A DNA stretch of 50,357 nt, counting the filler, from Dimargaris cristalligena (lineage: Eukaryota): NCBI GenBank assembly GCA_003614675.1. It is 2 parts of 2 records of this genome, joined end to end, with 100 filler letters (N's around TTAATTAATTAA, not from the genome) between each part and the next. Parts side by side here need not be neighbours in the genome. Positions count along the whole stretch, not along the records: positions 25,244 to 50,357 come from ML002571.1; 1 more part is not named here. The stretch is one strand, 5' to 3'. This document shows positions 25,244 to 37,282 of the stretch, piece after piece (the first letter of the stretch is position 1; each line of letters opens with the position of its first letter). Made by a program: the position numbers and the translations under genes. The notes below the pieces were generated by a model. The model had not been told where the DNA came from and did no database searches. It saw nothing but the letters and a program-made list of their open reading frames with translations.

Positions 25244-26429
25244 TCCCTTGAATTTGGAATCGTCGCCACCTGGGGAATCGTGGTCCGGAATAGCGGTATT
25301 GTAAGAGATGGATCGAAGCAAAAGTGCAGCAGGGTATAATATTCATAGAGATTAATGGTCAAAAATTGGGGGGGGGGGGAATAAGTAGACTAGGCCAGCT
25401 CTAACGCGGCGACATCGACCAAGCCACTAACTGAATTAACACTGCCTGGGCCTAGCTGAATGATAGCTACGGCTGATATTCGCCAATCGGGATTGAAGGT
25501 TATATATATATATATATATATATAAGGAAAAATTATTTACCTGAATATACCACTTCGGGTTGCCATTTATCAAAAGCGGTGATCCATGCCTCGAAGTCAT
25601 GGGCATACCATTCCGCGGTGCTTTGCAGTCCACCCTGGGGGGTGATTTGGAACAACTGGAGATGGCCATCGTTTCGACTGGTGATCAGCCGGGGAAGTCC
25701 GTGGGCTAATGAGATGGGCTCAGCGGCATGCGGGCCCGGTCGAACTGACCAGTCGAGCGATAGATAGAATGTCCCCGGTCCGGCGGCCGAAGTCGCACCG
25801 GTGTCGGGGTGATCATCCCGGTACTGGTACTGGCTAAATGGACGTAACCAAGTATCATTGGATAGCGACGATGATGATGATGCGGACGCCGTGAGTAGAG
25901 TAACGGTTCCATCCGCCCCCGCTTGAGCCAACACGCCCTGGGCACCGTTGCCATTGCCGGTGGCTGTGTAAGCGTCGGAAGTAAAGACTAGGGGTCGGGG
26001 GCACCACTTGATATCAAAAACTCCGGCTCGATCGTGTCGCTCCACCTCCCGCATGCCAAATAATGGTAATGGGCCCGGTTGAGCTGGAGCTACAACGTCC
26101 TTGGGAAGTGGTTCCGTCTCGGCAGTCTCTGCAGAAGGGGTCGCAGTGGTAGGTCCTACCACATCAACCACGATCAATTGGCCGATGCGAGAGCGTTCAG
26201 TACCCGATTCCGCCGGAGTGGCCGCTGGGGAAACCCCAGCGGGGCAGGCCTCCGAGTCGGTGGGCTGGGCGGTGCTGCTACCAGTTGTGGTTGTGGATTC
26301 GGGAGTTAAATAGTAGGAGGCACAAATGAAGCGGCGGCCGTAGTCACCGGGCAGGGGAAAGAATTCGACGGCATCCGCGGTATAGCCCGTGTCGAGGTGT
26401 TGGTAGGAATTCCGAATTTGGACAGTCAT
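25244..26429 (-). CDS. DPH7: Diphthine methylesterase DPH7 (WDR85/RRT2), 5' part only; exons 26429-25541 and 25269-25244, truncated at the gap
   Basis: Motifs LDTGYTADAVEFFP, AGVFDIKW, YLSLDWS and WYAHDFEAWITAFDKWQPEVVYSG|GDDSKFKG. The second exon follows CAG at 25272-25270 and runs into the N block. Confidence 0.88.
25501..25524. repeat. (TA)12 microsatellite in the DPH7 intron
   Basis: tatatatatatatatatatatata. Confidence 0.9.
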
Positions 26430-28973
26430 GGTGAGCCAATGTTATACTTAAGAAAAATTTTAACCAAAATGAGGTTTTGCTGTGGGGGAAAGATGGGCGA
26501 TGCCCTAGTTTTTTGTTAAAAAATATATATATAAAATAAAATACAACTGGCGGTACTCCTTCAACTAGTAACAGTCAAAAAATCGTCTATGATAATGGGT
26601 ATTATCTCTTGAGCGAAAGTCGGCCTATTTATTATGCTCTCTTAACTAGTATCGGCTAGTCACATTCTTCGAGCCCCCATCTGTACTTTGCTCTATGTGC
26701 TGTACGGTTATAAAAGGCTAGAAATGTGATGTTATTGGGCTCTGAGAATCCTGTACTCAAGAACTCGATAATGGTATTGACGCACTGACCCATCTGATTA
26801 CATCTACACATTGGAATATCGGTAATTTCCCTTCCCATTACTAATGTTGATCGAAAATGATATAGATCAACGGTAGTCAGCCAGCCTCGGAGAACAACAA
26901 AAACCAATATTCTACTTATCTAAACAGGCTATACACCAACGTCAAGGGTACAGACATGCCACTTATTAGGGATATGATGCATCTCCGCGTATCTGCTGGC
27001 CGAGAATATAACAATTGCCCTAAGCAAGTTGCCATTGCTTTTACAAGTACACTATAATAAACATATTGAATTGTTCGACTGCATCACAAACCCATAATCA
27101 CAGCTAGCACGGAAACTCACCTATAAACATACTAACAAGGTATAATGAATACCCATACAAAGGCCCTGTAATCAATCCCACTCGACGTATGTTCACCATC
27201 GACCTCCAGGACTTCGGCGCAAAACATTATCTGCTTCTACTTTTCACCTGTTGATTTAAAACATAATGAACTATTCAAACCACCCATCAGTATAGATACA
27301 GACATTGCCCTGTCCCCCGCCACCATCATTTTCCTGGTCCGAAATACCATTGTTGGTGGTTTGATTAATCCTAGACCACCTTCACCTTGACAAACAAGTC
27401 AACAAGAGGGAAGATCTTAGGCAGTGTACGGCTTATCCCCCGATCCATCTACCCACCCTTCCTTGATTCTCAAGCACCCTACTATTTAATGGAATTTACA
27501 ACCCCTCCGCTAATTACAGCCAAAAACATAGTTATTTGACAACAGCCTGCTTTGTTTATCGTTATCAACTAAGTGAGGACCTTTCTCGTCTTCTAGCTGC
27601 TTAACTCCAAAATATCATAATTATTATCTGTTCACATACTTATTAATTATGTTTAATTAACCAAAAATTGCTTTAATTTGACCTAGCCTCTGGCTATATT
27701 CCGCTAACACTGGTCCCCCAGGGGCACTACTGGAAAGCAGATTTAAGTGCTTAACCCTCTCTCCCCCTTAAACGGAAACCTCGCCGATCCGTCTCTGGGA
27801 CCTGTCCCCGGCAGTAGCATGGCCAATCTAGATACCCGTCCCCCTAGTCTAATGGAGAAAATCCTTACCACTTTAGTTATTTCGCGCGTTCTCTCAATGA
27901 CTGACATCATCCTTCAATATTGCATTAGACTCCACTCCGCAACATTGTTCGCTGGGTGTGGTTGCCCCTGTTCTATAGCACCTACTCGCGTAGATTAGTT
28001 TTCCACCATCATGTGCAACGAAAGAAAGGATCTTGTCATTCTATTTATAAAATTGTTATTTTGGGATGCGTTTCCCATATGACTTCATACCAACTAGTTT
28101 CTCCTGCAATTTCTGGTTAGGCGCCACGGCCCTTTGCGGTACCAGCAATTTATATTGAACTAATTTGGGTTATCATCACCAACGACCCTGGTTTATTTTT
28201 GCCATTGCGAACTATCAAATATATATTATTTGTCACCAACCTAAACATTTTTATAACCCCCCACCCCCTTGCTTTGTTCGGTTAATACCAGCTATTAATA
28301 CGCCTGGAATGTACTGTTTTGCCAATTGCAAATAGTGCAAGTCTCCGTAATAATCACAGCCTATGTCCAATATATGGCAAGCGGGGTGTATAAATAAATA
28401 TAAAAAATAAAATGAAGATAAGTCGGACTTGTCATTTAGGCAAGGGTTTCTATATTAAATAGTCTAGAATACCAAAATAGACTAACGTTAACCTTTGTTT
28501 TTCAACAAATAATGTTAGCTGGGCCGGGTGCTACTAGTTAGTAACCGACCATCACCATATTAGCCCAATTGCATGCGATTCAAAAAATTACATAGTTGAG
28601 TTGAATCCCTTATATATTCAAGTACAAAAGAATACGCAGGGGGTAGGGAAATGTAATACCGGTACAAACTCGTAACTAGTACCCTACCATCAGCATCTAC
28701 TGTGGCCCTTACTCCATAAAAATGGTACTATAATGGTCGTCAAACGATGTTATAAATAGCGTTTGAAAGCCTCTACACATTAGTTGTTCTATGGTGGCCT
28801 AGACATATCACCCCTTAATTAATTAACCATGAGGTTTTGAGAAAGCGACTGGGGATAGTGACACTTGACTAGGGGATTTGCGGAAGTGTTAAAATCTCGG
28901 TAAAGACATAGCATCGTCATACCTTTTCTAGCCTTATAAGTATAAAGTATCAGCTGTATTTCTATTTATATTT

Positions 28974-29779
28974 CTAATCATTAAAATGCCACCATATGCG
29001 ACAGCGGCCAAAGTGTATAAATTCCTGGCCAAGTAAACGGGCAGCCCCTCGATTCAGATCGATATCACCATAATCACATCTTAGGCACGTATCAGTAATA
29101 CTGACAATTGCTGAACGATTTTGATAATGAACGGTTATTTGGCGGCCACAATTGAGGTTATCATTAGGGTTCGCGGGCATTTCGACATCTCCCCTATACT
29201 CCTGCATTTGATAAATATTCTTGAAATAGAATATGATATTAAACTAGACTGATAGTTAAGTTAGACGACCAAAAATAAAATACAATGCCAGTTTGATGGG
29301 ATATTGGCCCATTGTGGCTAGCAACGTAAATGGGGCTGCGTAAAAAGGGGAGAAGGCCAAAGCACTGAAAGCCCCATTTAACGAACAAAGCAACCTCACA
29401 GACTACGTATGGATTTAATCACTTACCAATGCAGCAGTTAATCCCCACTTAGAACCGGCGTAGCCGCATGAATGTATCCCAGTGGACCCATCATAGTAGG
29501 TACCGTCCCCTACATAAAAATATGGGGACACTCCAGGTGGATAGAGACTACCCTCGGGCTCGGGCTCGTAATCCGGCCGATTAGTGGGTATATTAAAAAA
29601 TTGAGCATGACCATCTTCAACTTGTTTCAACGATGGATCCAGAGATAGGCGTGTCGGCTTTCGGTTGAAAGAATGTCGCTCACTTTAGGTTGCTTGGGTA
29701 GGGGGAAAACACGCGGCAGCAAACCTGCCCAGAGAAGAAGGTAGAACCATGAAGGCCATAATAATGTGTCCAATAACAT
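28974..29779 (-). CDS. Secreted expansin-like/RlpA double-psi beta-barrel (barwin-like) protein; exons ~29657-29427 and 29219-28974, 5' exon (29779-29684) uncertain
   Basis: YVGDGTYYDGSTGIHSCG..TAAL|NIYQM..ANPNDNLNCGRQITVHYQNRSAIVSITDTCLRCDYGDIDLNRGA matches the fungal DPBB pattern (G.GT.Y..CG..ALN..NPN..CG..V.DTCP.C..G.LDLS). Intron 29426-29220 is phase 0. A signal-peptide-like frame begins at ATG 29779. Confidence 0.8.
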
Positions 29780-30328
29780 CAGCTAAAACGACAGGCAATT
29801 TTGCGAAGACTTATGAAATAGTACAGGGATGCGATTACATATATTCTTACGATTAGGACAAGCAGTGATATAGCTTAAGAGATTAAGTGAACAAACGCCT
29901 TAATAAAAAAGTCAGTGAAATTAGTAAGCCCATCCTCCCACCATGTAGAAATGATTCATTGCTTTGAACAAATTGCCCAATCTGCGACAGCGTCATATAA
30001 GATAGGACATAGCCAGCCCAGTGAACCCCCACGACGAAAAATAGACACAGTTCTGAATACAGGGGCAAGTTAAACCGCCACTGTAGTTTTACACGAACGC
30101 TTAAAGCCACTAGTTGGTTTTCGCTTTATCGAAAATAATAATGGAATAGGGCGCCAGAACAATATTAAAAGAGCTGGGGGGACGGTATTCCTTGATTTGG
30201 AAACCAATCCATGTATACCAGCAACCGCAAGCTGGGCTCGTATTGGATACGACAATGGGGCATATAAACATATAAACAAAAGTATAGCAGGTAAGTTGAA
30301 GCAAGGATACGCCTTTGGGCGCTTGAAC

Positions 30329-31497
30329 TTAGAACTTGGCATTGTAGAGTTTGAACCACTGCGGCTGACCGCCCATAAACGCGGTGATGGCACCGGCCAA
30401 GCCAACGATCCCCTCGCCCAGGTTGTGGTAAAGTAGGGTGTGGGAGGGGATCAAGATATCTAGGGAATCCTGGATCAGTTGACGCATGATCAAGTGCCGC
30501 TCGGACGAGATGGTCTGGGCTTCGAGCAGGATTTCGTCGGTCTGTTGCTGCCTATCCTTGAAGATCATCAGGCGCGGGCTGATGGAGCTGTAACGGACAC
30601 GGTTCTCGTAAAGCTGGTAAATACCCGCCAACCACGAGCAAGCCAGGGCGGTAAGCCAGAATTTGGCCCCAATCCGAACGATGGTGGCGTGGTTGCGGAA
30701 TTTATACACGTTGGCGCCGTGGACCTAGACGATTTAGTCCGATATAGTATAGATGAGGGGAGGGTTGGATAGGAGCGAAAAATAACTGGTTAGTTCCGGG
30801 GAATGGGCAGTTCCAAAATAATGACGGGTGAGTTGACCAGAAAGGTGGACCGGGAGACATAAACTTTTGTAATAGAAATGACTTGATTCATCGAAATGCT
30901 CTAGCCAAATGACTTACCCACTGCAGCGAATCACTGCACATGTACAGAGCCATGAAGACCTGCTTGACGGTTCTCAGTAAGCGCAACAGGTCATCGGGGG
31001 TGGACTTCATGGCCTGCTTAGCCCCCACAATAAAATCGATGGGCTTGCCGATTCGCATTACTATTAGTGGAGAGGGTACCGGCGGCCATGGTATAGAAAG
31101 GATAGGCGGGGGACGGGGTAATATGGATGATGGGGATATAATAAATATAAAGGCGGAGTGGAGTGGGTAAATAAGGTACATTAACAAGGCCAGGGAAGGC
31201 GTGGGTAAAGGAAACGAGGTAAAGTGGTGGTGATATAAGTTAGAAGGTGTCTTCTCACAGGCCAAAATAGAGGTGAGAATGAGGCAACGGTTTTGAGAAT
31301 GGGGACTTACATTTCCTGGTTAGTCCGATGGAAGCCTTGAGGGCATTGAGGGGCTGGACAATGGCCTTGGGGGCGCCGTATTTCATGGCATAGTAGGAGA
31401 GGAAGCGACAGAAGTACTGGACAAAGCGGTAGGCCTTGTCGCGGCCCATGGTGGTGGCAGCGAACTGCATGTAGGTTTTAACAATGGGGGACACCAT
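30329..31497 (-). CDS. PEX11: Peroxisomal biogenesis factor Pex11; exons 31497-31311, 31060-30918, 30724-30329
   Basis: TTMGRDKAYRFVQYFCRFL, GLTRK|LMRIGKPIDF, KFWLTALACS, QLIQDSLDILIPS and EGIVGLAGAITA. Two phase-consistent GTAAGT..TAG introns. Confidence 0.93.
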
Positions 31498-32577
31498 GTT
31501 GAAAGCGAAGGGGGGGAGGGAATTAGCAGGGGCGAAGGGAAAGGGCACTGGAGTTAAGGCGGCAGGTAGTTTGGTGGAGAGGGGAAAGAGGAGAATAGTA
31601 GTCACACCAGCACAGAGGAAATGAAAAGGGATTAGGAGAGAAAGAGAAAGAATACTGAGAGGAAGGGCGGTGGGGGCATGTAATATAGAGAAGGCAGGCA
31701 GGTGGTTCATATAGATAGGCACAGTGGTCATTGTATGCAGCTAAATGAGCCAATGCCAGGGACAATAGAGACGAGTTCCTCTTCCTACACTCTGCAGTCC
31801 AGCTAGCTAAACATGCCACATCATCAGCCTCCCCCCAAAAAAAAACACGATACCTTAGAAACGACGGCGTTGTAGGCTAAATGCAGCAGCATTCAGCATT
31901 GATTGAATAAATGCGGGGAGGGGGCGGCTTTTTCGCACCACCCAAATACCCTTGACAAAAATGCACATGTCACGCATAGACAGATTAGAAAAAGGGCCAT
32001 GTGAAAAAGTGGATCCACCATCCCGTCACTTATCCACCCACCGAGGAGGTCGGCGGCCACTCAGAACAATAGGCAACGTGGAAACGGAATTGCCCGTCAC
32101 TAACCGACCATATGTCCCTTCTCTGTGCTGCCAGGTCTATTCATTCGCATTAATAAAATAGCTAATTCATTTCCCAAGGATGATGCACATAACCAATGTG
32201 ACGGGTTCACCTTAAAGTCGCAACAAGACAATTACCTATGGTCAACCACACATTAATATATCTAATTCCAAGAAACCCCCCGACTGGATACTACTGACCA
32301 GCCAACTAAAAGAATGGCATCCCATACCGTAAGAATGGAGATATAAATATATATTTATTAAGGAGCAAGGGGGGAGGATCGCAAGGCAACCCTAGGTGGA
32401 TACTTTAGGGATTCGAACCAGTGCCTGAGAGACAGATTGGGTCCAGATGAGACCCGTACATTTCTAAATGTACGTATATCTATATTTAGAATAAAGGGAG
32501 CAGTAGTTCGAGATTAAGTCCTGGTCATAATATAATATGATCAGCAGTTAGCACAAATCAAACAAGGTCACTGCAAT

Positions 32578-33804
32578 TTACTCGGAGCAGGGACCGTTCT
32601 GGCAGCCGGCACCGCAGAAGGCATCGGAAGAACCGCAGAAGCCGTGGGAGCTGCAGCAGTTGTTGTTGGCGCAAGGGTGAGCGGCGTCACAGGCACCATC
32701 GGGAAGAGGGGCGTTGGTGGGCTGGGCGGAGGTGGTGGGAGCAACGGTGCTGGAGGGGGTGGCGGTGGAGCTGGGGGCATCGGTGCTGGTGGGGACAGCA
32801 GTGGTGCTGGGCTTGCCTTCGCAAGGACCGTTCTGGCAGCCGGCACCGCAGAACTCGGCGGTGCTACCGCAGTAGCCGTACTGAGAGCAGCAAAGGTTGC
32901 CGGAGCAAGTGTGAGTGGCATCGCAGGCACCGTTGGGGAGAGTGGGGAGGGGTTCAGCGGTGGTGGTGGTGCTGGTGGGGGCAGCGGTGGTACTGGGCTT
33001 ACCCTCGCAAGGACCGTTCTGGCAGCCGGCACCGCAGAACTCGGCGGTGCTACCGCAGTAGCCGTACTGAGAGCAGCAAAGGTTGCCGGAGCAAGTGTGA
33101 GTGGCATCGCAGGCACCGTTGGGGAGAGTGGGGAGGGGTTCAGCGGTGGTGGTGGTGCTGGTGGGGGCAGCGGTGGTACTGGGCTTACCCTCGCAAGGAC
33201 CGTTCTGGCAGCCGGCACCGCAGAACTCGGCGGTGCTACCGCAGTAGCCGTACTGAGAACAGCACAGGTCACCGGCGCAAGTGTGGGTGGCGTCGCAGGC
33301 ACCGTTGGGGAGAGTGGGGAGGGGTCCGGCGGTGGTGGTGGTGCTGGTGGGGGCAGCGGTGGTGCTGGGCTTGCCTTCGCAAGGACCGTTCTGGCAGCCA
33401 GCACCGCAGAACTCGGCGGTATTACCACAGTAGCCGTACTGCGAGCAGCACAGGTTGTCAGCGCAAGGCTTGTTGGAACCGCACTGGTTGGTCTGGTTGC
33501 CTTCGCAAGGTCCGTTCTGGCAACCAGCACCGCAGAAATCGGCACCGGCACCACAGTAGCCCCACTTGCTGCAGCACAGACCGGCGGCGCAAGGGCTGGT
33601 GGTCGAGCAGAGACCGGGGTTGGTGGTGCAAGCACCGCCCTGGCAGCCAGTACCGCAGAAATCAGCGGTGGTACCGCAGTAGCCGTATTGAGAACAGCAC
33701 TGGCCGGCGGCACAGGGGGCGGAGGCGGAGCACTGGCCCTGGGCGGACACGAGGGTGGCGGCACCGAGGATGAGGAGGGAAGCGATGGCGATCTTGCGGA
33801 ACAT
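32578..33804 (-). CDS. Secreted non-catalytic chitin-binding protein with 7 hevein/CBM18 domains and Thr/Pro-rich linkers, 408 aa
   Basis: Signal peptide MFRKIAIASLLILGAATLVSA. Seven 8-Cys units C..C....CCS(Q/K/S)(Y/W/H)G(Y/F)CG....CG.GCQ.G.C, with no catalytic domain. Third codon positions are strongly C-biased. Confidence 0.95.
   Translation of the reverse strand: MFRKIAIASLLILGAATLVSAQGQCSASAPCAAGQCCSQYGYCGTTADFCGTGCQGGACTTNPGLCSTTSPCAAGLCCSKWGYCGAGADFCGAGCQNGPCEGNQTNQCGSNKPCADNLCCSQYGYCGNTAEFCGAGCQNGPCEGKPSTTAAPTSTTTTAGPLPTLPNGACDATHTCAGDLCCSQYGYCGSTAEFCGAGCQNGPCEGKPSTTAAPTSTTTTAEPLPTLPNGACDATHTCSGNLCCSQYGYCGSTAEFCGAGCQNGPCEGKPSTTAAPTSTTTTAEPLPTLPNGACDATHTCSGNLCCSQYGYCGSTAEFCGAGCQNGPCEGKPSTTAVPTSTDAPSSTATPSSTVAPTTSAQPTNAPLPDGACDAAHPCANNNCCSSHGFCGSSDAFCGAGCQNGPCSE
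32821..33378. repeat. Three tandem 186-bp (62-aa) near-identical linker+CBM18 units inside the lectin gene
   Basis: GCAAGGACCGTTCTGGCAGCC recurs at 32821, 33007, 33193 and 33379 (period 186). Confidence 0.95.
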
Positions 33805-36800
33805 GTTGATGAATTAGGGGGTAGAAATTAGTAGTCGTCACTGGAAAAGTGGGAAGATACAGAAAGGATCGTTAGAAGGATGGGATGATGCAGGATTAAG
33901 AGAATGTAGAAGGCTTGAGTCTATTGAAGATGAGAAGGATACTGGTCTCTATTAGGGCTGCCGGGTGGCCCCTTTTATATTTGAGACGGAAAGGAAGGGA
34001 AAGCCACGCTCATGCGGGCCCCCTACATGACCAGGTGTATATGGGTCGAGCAGTGCCCCTCTCCTGCAGTGGGGCAAGGAGGAGACCGGAAAGGCCAGGG
34101 CGATCTGCGTTAAGAAACAACGGCCAATGGGGTCTCGCGGGCCACTCTCCACTATGGATGGGCACTGACATATCGACGCACCGTTAATTACGCACCCTTT
34201 CGAGGATTCCGCTCGTGGGGAATGCCCACCAACGACAGGGAGCAATGACTATTGTTGACTGGTCGAAGATTGGCGGGTTTGCACTATTTTTATTTTCCGA
34301 AGCTGTGAGATAAATACCATTCCCCTACTCGAGACGCGCTTGGTAACTGAGAAGTGCGACGTCATGGGGGATGGTGGACGATCGCACCAAACAAACCCGA
34401 AGAGGGAAAACGATAGCAAAAGCATCAACTGTTGGTGAGAAAGTCGAGGCGGCGGAAGGGCTCCCTCGCCCTCTAACTAACATTTAAGGATAGAGACGCC
34501 TAGAGCGAACCGCTGGCCTGATTGCCCGGAGTGGGGTGTGGCCATCAGGCTGCTCCGCTCAGTCAAATAGATCCTCGCACGCGCCAATCCCCCTCCCGAA
34601 ACTGGCCCCGTCTACTGTGCGGACTATAGAGACTGTTTATCGCTTCCATTCACCCATTCTAATCGGACCTAGCCGCTGTTAGTCCCACCATTCCCTATTG
34701 GGCTGTTGCCAGTAAAGGCACAGCCAAATCAGATGCTCCCCGCGCTTCTAACCAGCCATTCCCATCACATATCCGCCATTTACCTTTATTGGCGAATGTT
34801 TACCAGGCCGAGCCACTGAATGGCCTTATTCCTAATTCGCTCACTTAATTTGTTTCGTCTATTTTTAATCTCCGGTGGAAATACCACTGGCTCTCGTAGG
34901 TTTCGGGGGAATGTAAAGGAGTGGGCTAATCCCCTAGCCAGTCCCAGACGGGTCAAGGTCAAGCGCCCGCGCTCCTCGTTCGTGGTTTCTTCGAAGTCCC
35001 TCTACCACCCCCCTAGCACAAGGCCCTTGACCTACTCTGAGGAGTTACCAGCGCCCTAAGTCCGAATGACTGCTCGGTGGAGTACCACTGATTTCCCCGC
35101 CCTTTATCAACCCACTCCCAATGGCTTTTTGATGGCCACCCCTCGCAAAATTGGCTCAAGCAGCCCCATTTGCTTGGACGGCATCTCTAAACTCTGAATC
35201 CATTTTCAACACTAGGGCTTGGGTATCATAGTGGATCTAGGGAGAACGTGCTGATGGCCATTTCGGCAATTCCTTGGGACTTTATCCATAAACTGCCCCG
35301 TCAATCGGATGACTGTCCCGTCGGCATTTCACTATCCTATAATCAAGGAAAACCTTTCCGCTTCAGGATTAGACGGCGGGCTGATTCGGACTTGAACATC
35401 CGATGAATATCGCTGGCTTATTATGACTTATCCCACACCTTTGAATGGCCTATAGAGGCCCACCTGTTGGCCAAGACCGAGTATCGCTATATTCGGTGTA
35501 GATTACGCCTAATGATCCACGTAGGCTGTTCACCGTAGTTCCAATTAATCCCCTAACCCTACCTGCCATAGACTGTTAATGTATCCCCTCCAGTTGCCAT
35601 CGGCAATCCCATTTATCGTACAGAGATACTCTATCATCCACTCAAATTCATATATTCTAGCTGATACATTTTGTACACACACTCGCTGGTCTTGAACATG
35701 AACAGATTAGTTCTAATCAGTGGCATCGGCATATCCGGGCCTTTGCCCAGACTATGATGATATTAGCTCATGGGCCAAACTAAGCGGATCGCTACCTCAC
35801 CGCACTATAAACATCCCTTGTAATTAGAGTTGCTTGGCTGCCATTATATCAGCACTGACATCACTTCACAAGGAAATATACAGCGACGCGTATCGGCAAG
35901 GCATTGCGTATATCGTCTGTGAATTAGCTACGTATGCGGTCGCCTTTAGCCTCCATCGATCTAGGGAATATTTCGAGTATGCAGCCTGCTATACCCCGGC
36001 AAAAGAATAATCAGCAAGGCAAGGTCTTCCGAATCAAAGGTACAAATCAAACCCATAAACAACTCAAGTATAGAGCTCACTTTAACAGCCCCACCCACCC
36101 TAAAAATAGTTACTGCGAATGGCCCCACTATCAGTGGCATCTATACTAGTCATACAACATACCAGGACCGGGGTATCACTAACCCAGCGAATCATCTCGG
36201 TGTGCCTCTGTGAAAATGAGATTCAGTATTTATTAAGGATGGGATATGAGGTATAAACAAGTGGGCAGGGGGAAGGAAGGCAGGGCCGCATTATGTTAAG
36301 GCAAGGGCTAGTGCAGGCGTAACAGAAACCCAAGCAGCGTTGGGTAGTGGGAGGGGGCTGGGTTTAAAAATAGCTCCTGCACATCGTCACAGCCAGAAGT
36401 CCTTGTTTTCCAACCAACTAGCCTAGCCGCCGAGTGGCATACAGCCATTACATTGGCCACTTTCAACTTGACCATACACTAACGCATCCAGCCTGTCACT
36501 GAACTAATGGGGAGAAACCTAATATGAATGCAATGGATCGACGTTCAAGATACCAGTCGGACTGGGTGGAATACAGGCGAGACCCCCCGATTGGGCCGTA
36601 TGTAGACTATGTTTTGATTTGGGCAGTGTTGAGTAGCAGGAAAACCATCGAGCAAGGGGATCGTCGGTGGTGGGGCTGTATAGTTGGATCGCTTAATGGG
36701 AGTAGAGACCACCGATTACCATACTTGACAAATTGAGATGTGATAAATGGGATAACTTAACCGATTTGGAAGCGCGGCAGACGGGAAGGCGAAAATCCCC

Positions 36801-37282
36801 ATTAGGATGTGGGAGTTCAGCAATAACGTGGACTCTCGCCCCTTCTCAGGAACTGCTACCGATATGGACACCCTTGCCTTTTCCCGTTAGCCAATAACAC
36901 ATCTGTCACTTAGCCTATCCACAAACAACGGGTAAACCCGAGCCCAGTTAAGCGACCCCCGCCCCCATGTAATAGAGGAGACATCGTGCAGACACTCAGG
37001 TAGGTCCAATAATAAACAGCAATTGTGGGTAAACATGGAGCGGAGGTATGTTTGAATGTAATTTGTTTTTTTATGTATCTATGCTTTATTAGGCAAATCA
37101 TCAAAATAGCTTCCGCCTTGTTTCATTATGGCTGATGGGGAAGGAACGGGTTAATCAAACAGTAATTCTAAAAGGCGAGGTTGATAAACCCCAATATGAC
37201 CAACGGAGGAAGACATTAAAGACAAGACGTAGAAAATGTTGAGGAACAAGATGGGAGAGGGAGGGGTGTCCGATGGGGTAGT

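Noticed and set aside
28815-28826. Second TTAATTAATTAA that could be another linker
   Set aside because: Not flanked by Ns and sits in AT-rich intergenic DNA; probably natural.
32380-32460. GGTTCGAATCC on the minus strand, resembling a tRNA T-loop/B-box
   Set aside because: Flanks do not form a 5-bp T-stem or an acceptor stem, and I could not build a cloverleaf.
32568-33831. Pro-rich 398-aa and Gly-rich 395-aa ORFs overlapping the lectin
   Set aside because: Off-frame and antisense shadows of the CBM18 gene caused by biased third codon positions.
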